Positions 37,562-40,824 of a DNA stretch of 40,824 nucleotides are shown here, piece after piece. Source of the DNA: an uncultured Pelolinea sp. (lineage in GTDB: Bacteria > Chloroflexota > Anaerolineae > Anaerolineales > Anaerolineaceae); NCBI GenBank assembly GCA_964508615.1, contig CAZDUN010000001.1, positions 1 through 40,824 on the forward strand. The letters are read 5' to 3'. The notes beneath the pieces are model-generated. The model saw only the letters and a program-made list of their open reading frames with translations, was not told the origin of the DNA and made no database searches. The position numbers and the translations under genes are program-made. Numbering within the stretch: position 1 is the stretch's first letter; each line of letters opens with the position of its first letter.

Positions 37562-38500
37562 ATGTCAGCTATTAATACATCAATGAAGTTTGATCCGAAT
37601 GCTGATCTCGTGTTGTTCAAAGGCGATGTAAGAGATTTATTACGAGATATTCCCAATGAGTTCGTTAGTTTAGTAGTTACATCACCACCGTATAACATTG
37701 GTAAATCTTATGAAAATAAAACTTCTCTTGAAAAATATTTAAAAGAACAAGAGAAAATCATCAATGAATGTGTAAGAGTACTAAAAGATGATGGCAGTAT
37801 TTGTTGGCAAGTTGGCAACTACGTTGAAGATTCTTCGATTATTCCACTTGATATAGTTTTATACCCAATTTTTCAGAAATTAAACCTAAAACTTCGTAAT
37901 AGGATTGTCTGGCATTTTGGTCATGGATTACATGCGTCAAAAAGGTTTTCAGGAAGATACGAAGTAATTCTCTGGTTTACAAAATCTGATGACTATATTT
38001 TTAATTTAGATTCAGTAAGAATACCTCAGAAATATCCTCAAAAAAAATAATTCAAGGGTCCAAAAATAGGTCAACTTACAGGCAATCCTTTGGGTAAGAA
38101 CCCATCAGATATTTGGAATATTCCTAACGTTAAAGCAAATCATATTGAAAAAACGATACATCCATGCCAATTTCCTATTGAACTCATCGAACGTTTAGTT
38201 TTAGCCATGACCAATGAAGGAGATTGGATTTTTGATCCTTTTATGGGCGTGGGATCAACAGCAATTGCCTCATTGATTCATAATCGAAAATCAATTGGGG
38301 CAGAAATTGTTGAAGAATATGTTTCTATTGCATTGGATCGAGTAAAAAAAGCGGAATTGGGAAAATTACAGATTCGTCCAATGGATCGTGAAATTTATGA
38401 CCCAAGTGGTGGAGGAAATTCCAAACCTCCAAAAAAAGCAATTATTGGTCAACAATCTCAGCTTTCTATTCTAGAAAATGGGAAGGAATATATTGATTGA
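37562..38500 (+). pseudogene. Beta-class amino (probably N4-cytosine) DNA methyltransferase interrupted by an in-frame TAA (38048-38050)
   Basis: TSPPY in the first part; PQKYPQKK*FKGPKIGQLTGNPLGKNPSDIW reads through in frame; HPCQFP and DPFMGVGST in the second part. Strongly AT-rich. Confidence 0.88.
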
Positions 38501-38504
38501 GAAG

Positions 38505-39056
38505 ATGAAGGTAATCTATGAGTATTCACATTTAGGGGGATCTGAAATATTACAGGTTCATTTTAAAGAGATTGAGCAAACAATTTATTCCGTAATCTCT
38601 AATATCAAAGCACGAAAGACAAAGATGAGTAAAGAGAAGACAATGAAGGGTAAGACACTTTACTCTCCAAAAGATATGAATCTTCAATTTAAAAGAGAAT
38701 TTAATAGTTTAGGTTTTAAAGAACTTAGAGATAAATATACAATAACGATTCCCAATAGCGATTTAAAAATTTCAGGGGCATATAAGCAAATCGATTTTGT
38801 AAAAAATAAAGTACTAGTTGAAGTTCAATTTGGTAAATATGCTTTCATGTTTTATGATATGGCGAAATTTCAGTATTTTTTCAACGAAAATAAAGCTGAC
38901 GTCGGAATAGAGATTGTCCCATGTCATTCACTTCAGAAACAGATGTCCACAGGTGTATCCTATGGTGAACAACTTGTATATGATATTGAAAGACTAAAAC
39001 GCCATTTCCCTGCAGTACCTGTAAAAGTAATTCTGGTTGATGCTGATTCTGAATAG
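38505..39056 (+). CDS. Type II restriction endonuclease, BglII/BstYI family
   Basis: YSHLGG, QIDFVKNKVLVEVQFGKY (D..ExQ catalytic motif), DVGIEIVP, MSTGVSY, PAVPV closely resemble BstYI-type enzymes. Uninterrupted ORF. Confidence 0.88.
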   Translation: MKVIYEYSHLGGSEILQVHFKEIEQTIYSVISNIKARKTKMSKEKTMKGKTLYSPKDMNLQFKREFNSLGFKELRDKYTITIPNSDLKISGAYKQIDFVKNKVLVEVQFGKYAFMFYDMAKFQYFFNENKADVGIEIVPCHSLQKQMSTGVSYGEQLVYDIERLKRHFPAVPVKVILVDADSE

Positions 39057-39070
39057 GAAAGAATTTAATT

Positions 39071-40528
39071 ATGACAACCTACGAAGCCGTGATCGGGCTG
39101 GAGACCCACATCCAGCTCAACACCCTGACCAAGATTTTCTGCGCCTGCAAGGCGGATTCCTGGGAGGACGCGCCCAACAGCAACGTCTGCCCGGTCTGCA
39201 CCGGCCTGCCGGGCGTGCTGCCGGTGCTGAACGAACGCGTGGTCGAAAAAGCCGTGCTGCTGGCCGAGGCCATGCATGCCGAGGTGCAGCCGGTCTCTTA
39301 TTTCGACCGCAAAAATTACTTCTACCCGGATCTGCCCAAGGGCTACCAGATCTCGCAATTCGATATGCCCATCGCGCTGGGTGGTGGCCTGGAGCTGCCC
39401 ATCCCGGCCGCGGCTGACCCGCAGGGCAAAGGCTACCTGCGCACCGTGCGCATTCACAAGCTGCACATCGAGGAAGATGCTGGCAAGACCAAAAATGAAG
39501 GCGGCGAGCGCCAGGTGGATTTCAACCGCTGCGGCGTGCCGCTGGTGGAAATGGTCACCGAGCCTGACTTGCGCACAGCTGACGAAGCCGCCCAGTACCT
39601 GATCCGCCTGCGGCAGCTGCTGCGCTGGATCGGCATCTCCGAGGCGGACATGGAGAAGGGTAACCTGCGTTGCGACGCCAACGTATCCATCCGGCCAATC
39701 GGCGCCACGCTGTTGAATGAGAAGACAGAAATAAAAAACGTCAATTCCATCGACTCCGTGCGCGAGGCCATCCGCAAAGAGATCGAGCGCCAGACGCGCG
39801 AAGTGCAGGCGGGCAACGCCATCCAGGCCTGGACGCTGGAATGGGACCAGGATGCCGGTGTGCTGCGCAAGATGCGCTCCAAGGAAACCGAAGCCGATTA
39901 CCGTTACTTCCGCGAACCCGATTTGCTGCCGCTGCGCGTCAGCGCGGAATGGAAAGCTGCCATCCTGAAGGATTTCCCCGAGCGGCCGCTGGAACGCCGC
40001 GCGCGCTTCATGCGCGAATACAACCTGCCCGAGTATGACGCGGACATCCTCACATTGGAGCGTGCCCTTTCGGAGTATTTCGAAGCAGCTGCCAAAGCCT
40101 ATGGCGGCGATCCCAAGAAGGTCTCCAACTGGCTGATGAATGACGTGCTGCGCATGATCAACGAGCAGAACCTCAACCCGGCCGCCATGCGCCTGACCCC
40201 GCTGTACCTGGCGGAATTGCTGCGATTGGTGGACGCCGGCACCATCAATATCACCACCGGCAAAGCCCTGCTGCAGCAGGTGCAGGATTGTGGCAAAGCG
40301 CCGTCTAAACTGGTCGAAGAGCAAGGCCTGGCGCAGGTGCGCGATGACGCGGCCATCCGCGCGGTGTGCGAGGGCATTATCGCCGCCAATTCAAATGAGG
40401 TTGCAGCTTACCGCGCCGGCAAGGAGACCCTGATGGGTTGGTTCGTCGGCCAGGTGATGCGCGAAATGAAAGGCAAGGCGGACGCCAGTTTGGCTAAAGA
40501 CATATTCGAAAGATTATTAAATAATTAG
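39071..40528 (+). CDS. gatB: Asp/Glu-tRNA amidotransferase subunit B
   Basis: VIGLETHIQL, FDRKNYFYPDLPKGYQISQ, HIEEDAGK, LRCDANVS, RSKE.EADYRYF.EPDL. Confidence 0.97.
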   Translation: MTTYEAVIGLETHIQLNTLTKIFCACKADSWEDAPNSNVCPVCTGLPGVLPVLNERVVEKAVLLAEAMHAEVQPVSYFDRKNYFYPDLPKGYQISQFDMPIALGGGLELPIPAAADPQGKGYLRTVRIHKLHIEEDAGKTKNEGGERQVDFNRCGVPLVEMVTEPDLRTADEAAQYLIRLRQLLRWIGISEADMEKGNLRCDANVSIRPIGATLLNEKTEIKNVNSIDSVREAIRKEIERQTREVQAGNAIQAWTLEWDQDAGVLRKMRSKETEADYRYFREPDLLPLRVSAEWKAAILKDFPERPLERRARFMREYNLPEYDADILTLERALSEYFEAAAKAYGGDPKKVSNWLMNDVLRMINEQNLNPAAMRLTPLYLAELLRLVDAGTINITTGKALLQQVQDCGKAPSKLVEEQGLAQVRDDAAIRAVCEGIIAANSNEVAAYRAGKETLMGWFVGQVMREMKGKADASLAKDIFERLLNN

Positions 40529-40540
40529 AATATATTATTA

Positions 40541-40579
40541 ACTCCCAAATAGAACAAATGTACTATTTGGGAGTATAAT
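40541..40579 (+). promoter_or_regulatory. Inverted repeat enclosing a LexA-like box, abutting a TATAAT -10 element
   Basis: ACTCCCAAATAG (40541-40552) / CTATTTGGGAGT (40563-40574); core AGAACAAATGTACT; TATAAT 40574-40579; GGAGG RBS follows. Confidence 0.6.
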
Positions 40580-40595
40580 TAATTTGGAGGGATTT

Positions 40596-40824
40596 ATGAA
40601 CTGCCAAGAATTTTTCAATGAACCAAAGATACAATCGCAAATAAAGATTAATATTGTCAAAAAGTATTTTGATGCCTGGACACAAGTAATTTTTTCTTAC
40701 CTTAAGAGTAAAAATAGAGATAAGAAAATGGGATTTGTTGATTTATTTGCTGGTCCAGGCAAGTATGAAGATGGAACAAAATCCACACCTTTAGAAATAA
40801 TTGAAACTGCACTTAGAAATGTGG
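40596..40824 (+). CDS. tcmP: Three-Cys-motif partner protein TcmP-like SAM-dependent methyltransferase (5' part only; runs off the window)
   Basis: Manually translated: MNCQEFFNEPKIQSQIKINIVKKYFDAW...GFVDLFAGPGKYEDGTKSTPLEII. The K..I..KY..AW and DLFAGPG...G...STP pattern fits TcmP. Absent from the ORF track because it has no stop in the window. Confidence 0.75.
   Translation, partial: MNCQEFFNEPKIQSQIKINIVKKYFDAWTQVIFSYLKSKNRDKKMGFVDLFAGPGKYEDGTKSTPLEIIETALRNV

Noticed and set aside
38040-38050. Phase variation by the A8 tract immediately before the MTase TAA
   Set aside because: The two halves are already in the same frame. Adding or removing one A would frameshift the gene, not restore it.
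39065-40324. 419-aa minus-strand ORF
   Set aside because: Antisense shadow of gatB.

Overview
Chromosomal window of moderately high GC, most likely from an Anaerolineae (Chloroflexota) bacterium. That taxonomy is an inference from the Thr/Pro-linker lipoproteins, the NBR1-Ig-like and PD40 lipoproteins, the 7TM-PAS-GAF diguanylate cyclases and the GAAC-N4-GTTC-type SOS boxes. The window holds about 40 CDS: redox and housekeeping enzymes, three intact diguanylate cyclases, a stand-alone lpdA, a lipoprotein/TolB-like/PspC cluster, a glycerol/G3P cluster, a ROK-regulated ABC + GH66 + GH15 alpha-glucan locus, and gatCAB. Four things stand out. (1) An AT-rich BglII/BstYI-family restriction-modification pair is inserted between gatA and gatB, and a second AT-rich gene (TcmP-like, behind a perfect inverted repeat enclosing a LexA-like box) follows gatB. 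(2) Two otherwise intact AT-rich genes, glpK and the R-M methyltransferase, each carry one in-frame TAA where Tyr is expected, while the cognate endonuclease ORF is intact. (3) A 3 x ~135-bp composite REP-like array lies at 8.8-9.3 kb. (4) Several clear operator/promoter palindromes are present. No rRNA, tRNA, CRISPR array, transposase or integrase was seen. All family calls come from motif recognition, not database searches.
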